From: an uncultured Gammaproteobacteria bacterium
GTDB lineage: Bacteria; Patescibacteriota; Microgenomatia; UBA8517
Assembly (NCBI GenBank): GCA_964583685.1
Contig: CAZOVJ010000002.1
Span: forward strand, 111,333-175,332
Length of the DNA: 64,000 nucleotides
Direction of reading: 5' to 3'
Below the pieces are notes generated by a model. The model had not been told where the DNA came from and did not search any database. It was given only the letters and a program-made list of their open reading frames with translations. This document shows positions 1 to 9,969 of this stretch, one piece after another. The translations under genes were made by a program, and so were the position numbers. Within the stretch, counting starts at the first letter, position 1, and the number at the start of each line of letters is the position of its first letter.

Positions 1-274
1 CTAAAGTGGTTTTACCCGAGGCTTCAGGTCCATAAATTTCTACAATTCTTCCCCTAGGTAAACCTCCAACTCCCAAAGCTAAATCTAGGGCAACTGAGCC
101 GGTCGGAATCACCTCTACTTTAAGTCTTTCATCTCTTTTTTGTCCCAAACGCATAATTGAACCTCGACCATACTGTTTTTCTATCTGCTCCATGGCCAGC
201 TTAACTGCCTGAAGTTTTTGGGAGGCTCCCTCTTGCCTTTCCGGTTTTTTAACTTCTTTTCGCTTCCTCGCCAT
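1..274 (-). CDS. recA: RecA, 5' part (runs off window edge)
   Basis: Manual translation from ATG at 274: ...[18 protein letters not shown]...[36 protein letters not shown] (RecA Walker A). Confidence 0.97.
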   Translation of the reverse strand, partial: MARKRKEVKKPERQEGASQKLQAVKLAMEQIEKQYGRGSIMRLGQKRDERLKVEVIPTGSVALDLALGVGGLPRGRIVEIYGPEASGKTTL

Positions 275-338
275 TACGTTTCCTTTTAACACGAATTCTT
301 AACCTTTGCAAGACCAAAGGAGTTTTGACTCAAAAAGT

Positions 339-1664
339 TTACATTAATTTAAGAAGAGATTGCCGAGCTTGTTCAACTCCGTATCGAAATCGCTGAAGTT
401 GATCGCCTTTTGCTAAACAAAATTCAATGTCATCATCAAAAGGAAATCTCTCTAAGCCAGGAAAGGGAATATCAGCTAGCCTGACATCCTTTCTGAGTTG
501 GATTATCACTTCAAACCCAAGGTCGAGTGGGTGGAAAAGGTTTGATTGATCATAATGGATATTAGCATACGTTGTTGGCCAGCGAGCAACTACTTCGTAA
601 TTTTTCCCAGGATGAAAACTAATATGACTATTGGGGTTGATCTCAGCTTCTAAATCAAATTCAGTATCATCCTTGAGATCATCATCGCTATCAATACTTC
701 TTTCAATGTCCTCAAAGCAACGATCTAGTTTTTCTGGATCAACTGAGGGTTTATCAAAGTCGCCAGCTCCTGCTTTCGATTCAAATTCAACTGGCTTAAT
801 GTAGACTATTGCCTTCGGGTAAATCCCGTCTCTAATTGGTACCGTCAACTCACTTTCAGTAGCCATGAAACTACATAAGACTACATCAACAGGAGAATCA
901 GTCGTGCGCTCGTGAACCAGTGCCTGGAGAGTAGCGATTTCGCTATTGAGTCTTCTCGGATCTCCATATTGTCCAGAAAATAGAACAGCCTCTACCTCAT
1001 AAAAACTAGGGCCGGCACCACGAACTGCCTCAAGTAATGATTGTCGTTTTGCATCAGTTTCTGGAGTAAATTTTGGGTCGTATAATTTAATCTGGTCCCA
1101 AATATCTGCCTTAAATAGTCGTACCCAATCCGGAATATCTGGAACGACACTCAGGTCATAACGATCCATAATTTTTTCCTCTGTGTCAAAACCAATTACT
1201 ACTATCTCTTTAGTTACCCCAAAAACTTTAGCCACAATGCCTGAACCATGTCCCACTTCTATCATCTGCGGAACGTCGCTATTACCCTTAACAGCTTTGG
1301 CTAACCAAATAATTAGTTGGCGTTCAGGTAACGAAGGCATCCATTGAGTAAGTTCCCGTGTAGAAAACTCAATCATGGCGAAGCCATCTCTGCTAAAAGC
1401 CCTTCCGTAAGTGCCCACTCCTGAAAGACCATGTTGTTTGGCAAAAGCCAGCTTTTCTGCATCAAGTTCTTCACTAGGAATTGAACGATCACTCCAACGG
1501 TTATATTGCTCCCTAGTAATTGGCACTTCTAGAGGTTGCGGGTGATCTCTGCCGTAAATATCGCTTAGGGGTAGTTTCCCAAAGTATGCTAGGGCTTCGC
1601 CAGTTGTATCTAGTCGTTCAGAATAATCTTTGCCTGAGAAGGGCTCATGTTCGGTGATTACCAT
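339..1664 (-). CDS. Hypothetical acidic protein with possible class I SAM-methyltransferase-like motifs
   Basis: 441-aa ORF; MIEVGHGSG resembles motif I and VIGFD motif II; otherwise unrecognised. Confidence 0.6.
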   Translation of the reverse strand: MVITEHEPFSGKDYSERLDTTGEALAYFGKLPLSDIYGRDHPQPLEVPITREQYNRWSDRSIPSEELDAEKLAFAKQHGLSGVGTYGRAFSRDGFAMIEFSTRELTQWMPSLPERQLIIWLAKAVKGNSDVPQMIEVGHGSGIVAKVFGVTKEIVVIGFDTEEKIMDRYDLSVVPDIPDWVRLFKADIWDQIKLYDPKFTPETDAKRQSLLEAVRGAGPSFYEVEAVLFSGQYGDPRRLNSEIATLQALVHERTTDSPVDVVLCSFMATESELTVPIRDGIYPKAIVYIKPVEFESKAGAGDFDKPSVDPEKLDRCFEDIERSIDSDDDLKDDTEFDLEAEINPNSHISFHPGKNYEVVARWPTTYANIHYDQSNLFHPLDLGFEVIIQLRKDVRLADIPFPGLERFPFDDDIEFCLAKGDQLQRFRYGVEQARQSLLKLM

Positions 1665-1815
1665 ATTAAAGGGACTTAAAATACTTCATAAATCAACCTA
1701 TTTTAGCAAAAATGTCAACAAATGACCGCGCCGGAGCGAGGCGAGCTAACAACTTTGAAATTCGGTTCTAACTTTTTTGTAAATCTCGACCAAAAGAGGA
1801 GTGTCAGCCTCGTGC

Positions 1816-1889
1816 TGGTCGGGGAGCCGAGAATCGAACTCGGGCCGCACGCACCCCATGCGCGCATTCTACCACTAAACTACTCCCCG
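1816..1889 (-). tRNA. tRNA-Pro(GGG) with encoded CCA
   Basis: Reverse complement folds as a cloverleaf: CGGGGAG/CTCCCCG acceptor stem, anticodon loop AT-GGG-GT, T-loop TTCGATT, ACCA end. Confidence 0.97.
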
Positions 1890-1951
1890 TCTCCAAAGCA
1901 GAACTTATTGTATTCTAACAAAGTCTGTGTTTAAATTGAAGCCATAGAACT

Positions 1952-2836
1952 ATGTCTCAAACAGTTACCGTTATCGGGGCCGGAGAAATTGGCAGGGCAA
2001 TGGCCAAAATTCTTCAGAAAAAGAAAGAGTTAAAAATTTATCATTGGAACAGAACCCCACTTCCTAATCAAAAGCCTCTACCTGAAACAATACCTCTGTC
2101 AAATTTTTTATTTCTTTGTATTCCTTCCTGGGCAGTCAAAGAAACCCTTGGTAAGATTAATGCCCATCTTGGACAAAAGACAATTGTCATCTCTCTGGCC
2201 AAGGGAATTGAAAAAGGCTCACTGAAAACTATGAATGAACTCTTAACTGAATTATTGGCCAAAAAACAAAGATTCAGCCTCTTGGCTGGTCCGATGATTG
2301 CTGAGGAACTAGACAAAGGATTGCCAGGTTTTGGAATAATTGCCTCTGATGACGAACTGACTTTCCAGAATATCAATCCTCTTTTTACCAGGACAAACCT
2401 CAACCTCAACTACACAGATGATGTCCGGGGAGTAGCTCTTGGGGGTGTTTTGAAAAATATTTACGCCATCTCCCTAGGTATTGCCAAAGGATTGGATTGG
2501 GGCAAAAATGCTCAAGGCTGGCTAGTGGCCAAGATATTAGATGAAATGCTTATCATTGCCGAAAAATTACAAGCCAAGAAAAAAACAATGCTCGGGCTAG
2601 CCGGCCTCGGTGACCTAATTGCTACCGGATTCAGTCCTCATTCACGGAATCAGGCAATGGGCAGGGAATTGGCCAAGAACGGAAAGCCGTCTCTGCAAGG
2701 CGAGGGTGTCGTTTCCCTCCCGAGCCTACTGCTTCTTCTTAAAGGAAAAACCGATAAACTGCCAATCCTCGAAGCACTAAACAAAATAATAATTGAGAAT
2801 AAAAAGGCAAAAGAAATCTTCAGTAATTTAATCTAA
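1952..2836 (+). CDS. gpsA: NAD(P)H-dependent glycerol-3-phosphate dehydrogenase
   Basis: GAGEIG Rossmann motif, SLAKGIE, LAGPMIAEE, LKNIYAI, GLAGLGDLIAT, SRN. Confidence 0.9.
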   Translation: MSQTVTVIGAGEIGRAMAKILQKKKELKIYHWNRTPLPNQKPLPETIPLSNFLFLCIPSWAVKETLGKINAHLGQKTIVISLAKGIEKGSLKTMNELLTELLAKKQRFSLLAGPMIAEELDKGLPGFGIIASDDELTFQNINPLFTRTNLNLNYTDDVRGVALGGVLKNIYAISLGIAKGLDWGKNAQGWLVAKILDEMLIIAEKLQAKKKTMLGLAGLGDLIATGFSPHSRNQAMGRELAKNGKPSLQGEGVVSLPSLLLLLKGKTDKLPILEALNKIIIENKKAKEIFSNLI

Positions 2837-2922
2837 CAAAAATGCAAAAGATCCTTCGAAAAGCAAAAAGTCTAGCCTTAAAAGAAATCAAGAAACTGAC
2901 TTCGCAAGCGAAGGAAAAATGA

Positions 2923-3366
2923 ATGGTAAACCCAAAAAAACTCCCATTTAAAGAATTCAAATATATTTACAAAAAAGTTCCCAGACTTTGTGTTGATTTG
3001 ATTATTAAAACACAAAAAGGAATCGTCCTTGTCAAAAGAGACATCCCTCCTGATAAGGGTAAATGGCATTTCCCAGGAGGAACCATTCTGTTGGGAGAAA
3101 AATTATCTGAGGCAATAAAAAGGGTTGCCAAAGAGGAAACAGGATTAGGGGTTAAGATAAGAAGAATAATTGATGTAATGGAATTTTCAAGAGAGGGCAT
3201 TCATGGCCACGCTCATGTTATCAGCATTGCCTTTCTAGTCGAACCAAAATCTGGAAAGTTACGGGGAAGCATCCAGGGTAGGAAAATCAAATTTTTCAAG
3301 TCAATTCCAGAAAATATCATTGTTGAACAAGAAAAATTTTTAATCAAGAACTACCTACTTAAATAA
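2923..3366 (+). CDS. NUDIX hydrolase
   Basis: WHFPGG...GEKLSEAIKRVAKEETGL Nudix-box variant. Confidence 0.88.
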   Translation: MVNPKKLPFKEFKYIYKKVPRLCVDLIIKTQKGIVLVKRDIPPDKGKWHFPGGTILLGEKLSEAIKRVAKEETGLGVKIRRIIDVMEFSREGIHGHAHVISIAFLVEPKSGKLRGSIQGRKIKFFKSIPENIIVEQEKFLIKNYLLK

Positions 3367-3367
3367 A

Positions 3368-3778
3368 TTATCTTTTGGGTGATTGTTTTTTACGGCGGGC
3401 TTTGCCACCGGTACCAACCTTGCGCCGCTCACGGACTCGAGCATCGCGAGTTAAAAGTCCGGCCCTTTTAAGAGGCGGTCTAAATTTATCAGGTTTTGTC
3501 AGGGCCAAGGCCCGGGCAATTCCATGAATTACCGCTTCAAGTTGTCCATTTTTACCACCGCCAACAACCTTGACGGTTACATAATATTTACCCAGGGTAT
3601 CGGTCAACTCAAAAGGGTTCGAGTAGAAAGTCTTCATTACCTCGCCCGGAAAGTATTCAGCAAAAGGGACTTTATTAACCACATTCTTCCCTTTACCTTT
3701 AAAAAGACGAATACGGGCAGAGGCGCTTTTTCTTCTACCTACTGCATAAATCCAATTTTTTTTCTTAGGTTTAGCCAT
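3368..3778 (-). CDS. rpsI: 30S ribosomal protein S9
   Basis: GRRKSASAR...LLTRDARVRERRK...QSPKR. Confidence 0.98.
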   Translation of the reverse strand: MAKPKKKNWIYAVGRRKSASARIRLFKGKGKNVVNKVPFAEYFPGEVMKTFYSNPFELTDTLGKYYVTVKVVGGGKNGQLEAVIHGIARALALTKPDKFRPPLKRAGLLTRDARVRERRKVGTGGKARRKKQSPKR

Positions 3779-4190
3779 TTTTGAATTTATTTCTATATGG
3801 ATGTTCTTCTCCGCTGAATATCCTTAACCTCGTCATTCTTGGCCTTCTAAGCCGATTGTCAGCCAGCATTCTCTTAACCGCTAGCTCAATAATTCTCTTT
3901 GGATGTTCCTTTTTTAATTTGAGATAAGAGATTTTTTTAAATCCCCCAGGATAGCCCGAGTGTCGGTAATATACTTTCTGTTTCTCTTTACGTCCGCTGA
4001 CTTTTACTTTTCCTGCATTGATGACCACTACATAGTCACCCATATCTAAATGGGGAGCATAGGAAACTTTATTTTTACCGGTTAGGAGAGGAACAATCTC
4101 GCTGGCTAAACGCCCCAAGATTCTATCCCGGGCATCAATTAAGTGCCATTCTCTCTGAATTTCTTTAGCTTTTGGTTGGAAGGTTTTCAT
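3771..4190 (-). CDS. rplM: 50S ribosomal protein L13
   Basis: WHLIDA..LGRLAS, GDYVVVINA, HSGYPGG. Confidence 0.98.
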   Translation of the reverse strand: MKTFQPKAKEIQREWHLIDARDRILGRLASEIVPLLTGKNKVSYAPHLDMGDYVVVINAGKVKVSGRKEKQKVYYRHSGYPGGFKKISYLKLKKEHPKRIIELAVKRMLADNRLRRPRMTRLRIFSGEEHPYRNKFKNG

Positions 4191-4195
4191 TCTTT

Positions 4196-4624
4196 TTAGG
4201 TTTTTTTAGTTTTAATTTTTTTTGTCTTTTTCTTAACGCTGCGCACTTTTCCCTTGGCACTCCCGGGCTTTTCCACCCATTCAAATCTAACTATTTGAGC
4301 CAAATCCCCCCTTCTTCGGGGAAGATTGATAATTCTTGTAAAACCTGATTTCCTCTTTTTAGTAAGAGAGAGAAGCTCAGTAAAAAGCTTTCTGGTCGTT
4401 TCTTTGTCATTACCCAATTTCGCCAAAACCGCACGCCTAGCATTGAGAGTATTTTTTCTAACAAGAGTCATTATCTTGTCTATCTCTGACTGAACAAATT
4501 TTGCCTTTGCTTTTGTTGTCTTTATCTCGCCATAGAGAACCAAGGCCCTGGTTAAAGATCTAAATAGGGCGACCCTAGAACCTCTAGCTCGTGACAACTG
4601 ACGGCCAAAAATCTTCTTACGCAT
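4196..4624 (-). CDS. rplQ: 50S ribosomal protein L17
   Basis: GRQLSR, IKTTKAKAK, SGFTRI, RRGDLA; likely ATG at 4624. Confidence 0.96.
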   Translation of the reverse strand: MRKKIFGRQLSRARGSRVALFRSLTRALVLYGEIKTTKAKAKFVQSEIDKIMTLVRKNTLNARRAVLAKLGNDKETTRKLFTELLSLTKKRKSGFTRIINLPRRRGDLAQIVRFEWVEKPGSAKGKVRSVKKKTKKIKTKKT

Positions 4625-5534
4625 CCTCAAATTTCACTCCTTTTTCCAAAAGAGCAATTTCGATAATTTTCAAAGATTTTTCTCCTAAATTCCTAACACC
4701 CATCAATTCTTCCTTTTTCGCTTTCACTAGTTTTCTCACCGTTTCATAACCTGCCTTTGTTAAAGCATTGGCTACTCTGGTTGGAAGTCCAACCTCTTCA
4801 ACAGAAAGCTGACCAACAGACCCTAAAGTATCTTTCGGCTTGAGGCTTTTTTTCTTCTTTAATTTCTTGGGAGATATTATCTGATTCAAAAAGGAAACTA
4901 AAATCTTTGCCGACTCTAATAAAGACTCTTTTGGTGTAATAGTTCCGTCCGTCCAGATCTGTAAAGTTAGCTTATCGTAATTAGTTAATCTACCAACACG
5001 TGTCTCCTCAACTTTATAATTAACTCTCAAAACCGGAGAGAATGTTGAGTCTAATGGAATAACTCCAACCTTCCGGCTCACTCTTTCTTCTGCTGGAGAG
5101 TAGCCAACTCCAGATTCCACCTGCATTTGTACTTCTAGTTTAGCACCCTTTCCCAGATTGGCTAAAACAAGCTCGGGATTGGCTATCTTTACATCAGCTG
5201 GTGTCTTAATATCGCCAGCCTTTACCTCCCCAGCACCTTGAACTGAAAGAGAAACATTAACCGGTTTTTTACCATGATAAGCTATTCTTACCTTCTTAAG
5301 GTTTAATAAAAATTCAACAACGTCCTCTTTCATTCCCTTAAGGGTTGAGAATTGGTGACGGACTCCTGCAATTTTTGCCCGGGTTATGGCTGCTCCGGGA
5401 AGACTGGATAATAAAACCCTCCTCAGGCCATTACCTAAAGTCAAACCATAACCTGCCACTAATGGAGAAATGATAAAACTTGCATAGTTTTGTTTTTTAC
5501 TTTCTTGTTTTATCTTAAAAAGCGGATTGTCCAT
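4617..5534 (-). CDS. rpoA: RNA polymerase alpha subunit
   Basis: GYGLTLGNGLRRVLLSSLPG, FSPVLRVNYKVE, RNLGEKS; ATG at 5534 preceded by GGAGGTG. Confidence 0.98.
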   Translation of the reverse strand: MDNPLFKIKQESKKQNYASFIISPLVAGYGLTLGNGLRRVLLSSLPGAAITRAKIAGVRHQFSTLKGMKEDVVEFLLNLKKVRIAYHGKKPVNVSLSVQGAGEVKAGDIKTPADVKIANPELVLANLGKGAKLEVQMQVESGVGYSPAEERVSRKVGVIPLDSTFSPVLRVNYKVEETRVGRLTNYDKLTLQIWTDGTITPKESLLESAKILVSFLNQIISPKKLKKKKSLKPKDTLGSVGQLSVEEVGLPTRVANALTKAGYETVRKLVKAKKEELMGVRNLGEKSLKIIEIALLEKGVKFEDA

Positions 5535-5553
5535 CTCATTCACCTCCAATCGT

Positions 5554-6153
5554 TTATCTTGAATAAAACTCAATTATATCCTGTTCAGAAACTGGCTCTT
5601 GAACATCTTCTCTTATGGGCAACCTGACAACTCTACCAGCTGCTGCCTTCCGTTCCAGCCAGTCAGGTACAGGAGAATCTTTCTCCTTCAAAAGTTTTTT
5701 TATTGTAGGCACTTCCATTACCTTGGCTGACAACATTATTGTTTCCCCGGGTCTAACTTGATAAGAAGGAATATTAACCTTTTTCCCGTCAACCAAAATA
5801 TGTCTGTGAACAACCATCTGTCTTGCTTGCGGCCTTGTCTGGGCAAAGCCAAGTCTAAAAACAACATTGTCAAGCCTTGTCTCTAAAAGAGAAAAAAGAG
5901 TATCTGCCGTATTTTTTTTTGATTTTAAGGCAGTATCTACGTATTTTCTAAACTGCTTTTCCAAAATTCCATAAAGTCTTTTTACCTTCTGTTTTTCTCT
6001 CAATTGACGTCCATATTCAGAGGGCCTTCTTTGCCGCTTAGAACCATGAACCCCGGGAAGGATGTTCAAGCGGGTCAATTTAATACCTTTATTAAAAAGG
6101 TCAAAACCTTCTCTCCTGGAAAGTTTGTCTTTTGGTCCTCTATATCGTGCCAC
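5554..6153 (-). CDS. rpsD: 30S ribosomal protein S4
   Basis: SEYGRQLREKQK, LETRLDNVVFRLG, IIEFYSR. Confidence 0.98.
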   Translation of the reverse strand: MARYRGPKDKLSRREGFDLFNKGIKLTRLNILPGVHGSKRQRRPSEYGRQLREKQKVKRLYGILEKQFRKYVDTALKSKKNTADTLFSLLETRLDNVVFRLGFAQTRPQARQMVVHRHILVDGKKVNIPSYQVRPGETIMLSAKVMEVPTIKKLLKEKDSPVPDWLERKAAAGRVVRLPIREDVQEPVSEQDIIEFYSR

Positions 6154-6164
6154 GTTCCTCTCTT

Positions 6165-6530
6165 CTAAACCCTCCTTTTCTTTTTGGGCCGTGGTCCGTC
6201 ATAGGGAATTGGGGTTACATCGGCAATTAGCGAAATTTTAACTCCCGCTCCCCTAATTGCTCTCAAGGCAGCATCTCTGCCAGGACCCGGACCTTTTATA
6301 TAAACTTCAATTTCCCTCAATCCCATTTCTTCTTTTGCTCTTTTTATTACCTGATTAACAGCTGTAGTGGCTGCATAAGGAGTTGACTTCCTAGTTCCCT
6401 TAAATCCGGCAGAACCTGCTGACCCCCAAATTATCGCTCTACTTTCTTCATCGGTTACGGTAATCAGAGTATTATTAAAACTAGCCGAAATATAAACCCT
6501 GCCAAACTCAATCTTTTTTTTTGTGGTCAT
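6165..6530 (-). CDS. rpsK: 30S ribosomal protein S11
   Basis: ASFNNT, RKSTPYAA, GPGPGR, DVTPIP. Confidence 0.98.
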   Translation of the reverse strand: MTTKKKIEFGRVYISASFNNTLITVTDEESRAIIWGSAGSAGFKGTRKSTPYAATTAVNQVIKRAKEEMGLREIEVYIKGPGPGRDAALRAIRGAGVKISLIADVTPIPYDGPRPKKKRRV

Positions 6531-6949
6531 TTTTCTTTATCTCCTTCTTTCTTACCCGAAGTCTTCTTTGTTCTGGTCAATGCTTCTTTTTTAAATGCTC
6601 CAACTGTTTTTCTTTTCCCCCTCTTTGTTCTCGCATTTGTCTTTGTTCTTTGTCCCCGAACTGGAAGCCCTCGAGCATGCCTCATTCCTCGGTAAGAATT
6701 AATCACCTGCAATCTCTGAATATTTACCCGAACCCTTCTAGCCAACTCTCCCCCTGTTGGATGTTCTTCCAGTTTAGCTAAAATTTGCGATATTTCATCT
6801 GTAGAAAGATCGGTCACCCTCTTAGCCACATCTATTTTTAAAGAATCTAAAATCGATTTAGACAAGGACCAGCCCACTCCTTTTATCTGAGTTAAGGCAT
6901 AATCTATCTTCCAATTATCTTTTAGGTCGATTCCTGCAATTCTTGCCAT
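6527..6949 (-). CDS. rpsM: 30S ribosomal protein S13
   Basis: MARIAGIDL, YRGMRHARGLPVRGQRTKTNART. Confidence 0.98.
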   Translation of the reverse strand: MARIAGIDLKDNWKIDYALTQIKGVGWSLSKSILDSLKIDVAKRVTDLSTDEISQILAKLEEHPTGGELARRVRVNIQRLQVINSYRGMRHARGLPVRGQRTKTNARTKRGKRKTVGAFKKEALTRTKKTSGKKEGDKEK

Positions 6950-6954
6950 CTATA

Positions 6955-7068
6955 TCATCCTTGTCTTTGCTTGTGCTTGGGATTTTTACAAATAACATAT
7001 ATTCTTTTCCCTCTTCTCACTATTCTACAATTTGGACAAATTTTTTTAACCGATGACCTGACTTTCAT
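6955..7068 (-). CDS. rpmJ: 50S ribosomal protein L36 (zinc-binding type; absent from the ORF track)
   Basis: Manual translation [37 protein letters not shown]. Confidence 0.98.
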   Translation of the reverse strand: MKVRSSVKKICPNCRIVRRGKRIYVICKNPKHKQRQG

Positions 7069-7069
7069 A

Positions 7070-7288
7070 TTAATATTTATAAATTACCCTTCCTCTTTCC
7101 TGATCATAGGGTGTCATTTCAATTTTCACCCGGTCTCCCGGCAGAATTCTTATATAATTTCTTCTTATTTTACCAGTCAAGGTCACCAGTATGGTCCGGC
7201 CGTCTGACAACTCTACTTTAAACATAGTATTTGGCAAGGCCTGTAAAACTTTGCCATCAAGAATTATATTTTTTCCTTTCTTAACCAT
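7070..7288 (-). CDS. infA: Translation initiation factor IF-1
   Basis: [30 protein letters not shown]. Confidence 0.97.
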   Translation of the reverse strand: MVKKGKNIILDGKVLQALPNTMFKVELSDGRTILVTLTGKIRRNYIRILPGDRVKIEMTPYDQERGRVIYKY

Positions 7289-7289
7289 A

Positions 7290-8057
7290 TCAATCTTGCC
7301 TTGAAGCAGTCAAAATAGTGGGACCATGACTAGTCAATGCTACTGTTTCTTCAAAAAGCGCGCACATTTTACCATCTTTTGTACGTACTGTCCAGCCATC
7401 ATCATCAATCCGAACATCCTCAGTTCCCTGGCTATACATCACTTCAATGGCAAAAACATAGCCTTCTCTTAGTTCTATTAATTCGGCTTTTGAACCCGAT
7501 AGAAAACAGGGGATAGGAGGATATTGATGAAGTTCACGACCAACTCCATGGCCAACCAGAGATTTAATTGGCCTATAATCTGCTTCCCTTAAGGTATTCT
7601 CTATGGCAGCTGAGATATCCATGAGCCTATTGCCAATCTGCATTGCCTTTATGGCCCGGCTTAAGGCCTTTTTCCCAACCAGTAAAAATCTACTTTTTTG
7701 CTCGTCTTTGCCAATTAAAACGCTCGTTGAGGTATCGGAGTGAAACCCGCGATAGAACAGTCCCACGTCAATACTGACTAAATCGCCCTCTTGGAAAACA
7801 ATCTCCTTTTTAGGAACTCCATGAACAAGGCCATCATTGACATTAATACAGGTTGACCAAGAATAGCCTGGAACCATCTGAAAAGAAGGCTTGGCTCCGG
7901 TTTTCTTAATTAATTTTGTAGCCAAGTCTTCTATCTCAAAAGCATTAACTCCCTCTTTAACTCTCTCGATCAATTTACTCTTGATCCGGGCCAGTTTCCT
8001 GCCTCCTTCAAACATTATCTCTATATCCTGACTGCTTTTAATTTTTACTCTTTGCAC
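7290..8057 (-). CDS. map: Type I methionine aminopeptidase
   Basis: VHGVP, SIDVG, HSDT, GHGVG..LH, AIE, FEET metal ligands; position after adk. Confidence 0.95.
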   Translation of the reverse strand: MQRVKIKSSQDIEIMFEGGRKLARIKSKLIERVKEGVNAFEIEDLATKLIKKTGAKPSFQMVPGYSWSTCINVNDGLVHGVPKKEIVFQEGDLVSIDVGLFYRGFHSDTSTSVLIGKDEQKSRFLLVGKKALSRAIKAMQIGNRLMDISAAIENTLREADYRPIKSLVGHGVGRELHQYPPIPCFLSGSKAELIELREGYVFAIEVMYSQGTEDVRIDDDGWTVRTKDGKMCALFEETVALTSHGPTILTASRQD

Positions 8058-8685
8058 GGCTCACTTTCTCAAGAAGAGCAACCAAATCTGTCTGTATTAC
8101 CTCAATTGGCCGCTCTCCATCAATTTCTTCTAAAATAGTTTCTCTCTTTAATAAATCAAATAAAGGCTCTGTCGTTTTTCTGTAAAGCCCAAGCCTTTTT
8201 CTAATAGTTTCCTCTTGGTCATCTTCTCTTTGAACCAAATCCTTTTTCTTGACTGTCGAACCAGGAGGATTGGTAATCAAATTGTAAATTTTACCTGTTT
8301 TCATATTTACCCTCCTTGCAGTTAAGCGTCTTATTGACTCTTTCTCACTTATCTTAAGGAGAATTGCCAAGTCGATTCCCACACCTTTCTTTTTCAACCA
8401 GGACTTTAATAAATTGAACTGTCCAGTTGACCTTGGAAAACCTTCAAAAATAACCTTGTCTTTTATACCCTTATTCTCGAAAAAATCCCTAACTAAGGAA
8501 AAAATTTCCTCGTCTGGCAGTAGCTCGCCTTTTTTATTTATTTTCTCATCAATATCTGGTCGTTTCTTGGCCAACTTCCGTAGGAACCTACCTGATTCAA
8601 AATAGAACAGACCAAACCTTTTAGCTAGTTTTGCCGCCTGTGTTCCCTTTCCCGAACCCTGGGGTCCTAAAATTAGGATAATCAT
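8038..8685 (-). CDS. adk: Adenylate kinase
   Basis: GPQGSGKGTQA, GFPR, QREDD; short Cys-free LID. Confidence 0.93.
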   Translation of the reverse strand: MIILILGPQGSGKGTQAAKLAKRFGLFYFESGRFLRKLAKKRPDIDEKINKKGELLPDEEIFSLVRDFFENKGIKDKVIFEGFPRSTGQFNLLKSWLKKKGVGIDLAILLKISEKESIRRLTARRVNMKTGKIYNLITNPPGSTVKKKDLVQREDDQEETIRKRLGLYRKTTEPLFDLLKRETILEEIDGERPIEVIQTDLVALLEKVSRAKSKN

Positions 8686-9969
8686 CTATCTTAAAAATTT
8701 TTCATATTTTCGCATAACCAGTTTTCCTTCAATATCCCGAGTGACCTCAAGAACAACTGAGACAACAATTAATATTCCTGTTCCTCCTATGACCAAGTTG
8801 GGAACAGCAACCAGTCTTTGGCAAAAAGAAGGCAGCACAGCAATAAACCCTAAAAAAAGTGCGCCCACTAATGTAATCCTTGAAAGAACAGATGATAGAT
8901 ATTTAGAAGTTTGATTTCCCGGTCTTATTCCCGGAATAAAACCGCCACTTTTCTGTAAATTCTCGGCAATTTTTTCCGGATTGAAAACCACTGCCGTATA
9001 AAAATAAGTAAAGGCAACAACCAGAGCAAAATAAACAAAACTATAAACCATTGATTGGGGATTAAACATCTGAACCAGCTTTGTCGCTATCTGAACAACC
9101 AGTGGATTATTTATTCGTGTCAAAAACTGTCCCAAAAGAGAAGGCAGCAAAACCAAAGAAACGGCAAAAATAATGGGAATGACCCCTGCCTGATTAAGTC
9201 TCAGGGGAATATAATTAGAGCCTCCGAGAACTCTCCCCCTGCCCCGCCTGGCATAGTTTATGGGAATTTGTCTCGTCGCCTCATTCATAAAAACTATTAA
9301 AGCGATAGTTGTTATTGCCAAAAGCAGAAATACAATTGTATTTAAAATATTGCTTGAGGGAACTGTTGCCGCCGATTTTCCAAGGCTTAGTGGTAATCTG
9401 GCCACTATTCCGGCAAAAATTAACAAAGAAACTCCGTTTCCGATACCATATTCAGTTATTAACTCGCCCAACCAAACGGCAAACATTGTTCCCGCAACCA
9501 TGGTTACGACCAGAGCAACGATTGGCAAAGCACTTATCTCCATAATCACTCCCTGGCCCTTGAACAACGAATACATACCAAAGGCTTGCATGGCGGCTAA
9601 GGGAACTGTTAAAAATCTGGTATATTGATTAATCTTTTCCTGACCATACTCTCCTTCTTTTGACAACTCCTCCAAGGAGGGTATAACAAAGGTCAAAAGT
9701 TGTAAGATAATCGAAGCATTGATATAGGGACTTAAGCCCAGAGCCATAATTGAAAAATTGGCCAATGTTCCGCCGGAGAAGACATCTAATAGAGAAAGGA
9801 AGGGGCTGCCTGAAAATAGGGCCTGAAGAGAAGCCCTATCAATACCGGCTGCAGGAATATGGGCAACCAAACGAAAAACAACCAAGATGATTGCGGTTAT
9901 AATTAATCTTTTTCTAATTTTCGGAGACTTGAAGATTTGTAGGAAAAAACGGACAATTGAAGAAATCAT
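8686..9969 (-). CDS. secY: Preprotein translocase SecY
   Basis: SIMALGLSPYINASII, GIGNGVSLLIF, IPGIRPG, GGTGILIVV. Confidence 0.98.
   Translation of the reverse strand: MISSIVRFFLQIFKSPKIRKRLIITAIILVVFRLVAHIPAAGIDRASLQALFSGSPFLSLLDVFSGGTLANFSIMALGLSPYINASIILQLLTFVIPSLEELSKEGEYGQEKINQYTRFLTVPLAAMQAFGMYSLFKGQGVIMEISALPIVALVVTMVAGTMFAVWLGELITEYGIGNGVSLLIFAGIVARLPLSLGKSAATVPSSNILNTIVFLLLAITTIALIVFMNEATRQIPINYARRGRGRVLGGSNYIPLRLNQAGVIPIIFAVSLVLLPSLLGQFLTRINNPLVVQIATKLVQMFNPQSMVYSFVYFALVVAFTYFYTAVVFNPEKIAENLQKSGGFIPGIRPGNQTSKYLSSVLSRITLVGALFLGFIAVLPSFCQRLVAVPNLVIGGTGILIVVSVVLEVTRDIEGKLVMRKYEKFLR

Noticed and set aside
1722-1934. 70-aa plus-strand ORF
   Set aside because: Antisense shadow of tRNA-Pro
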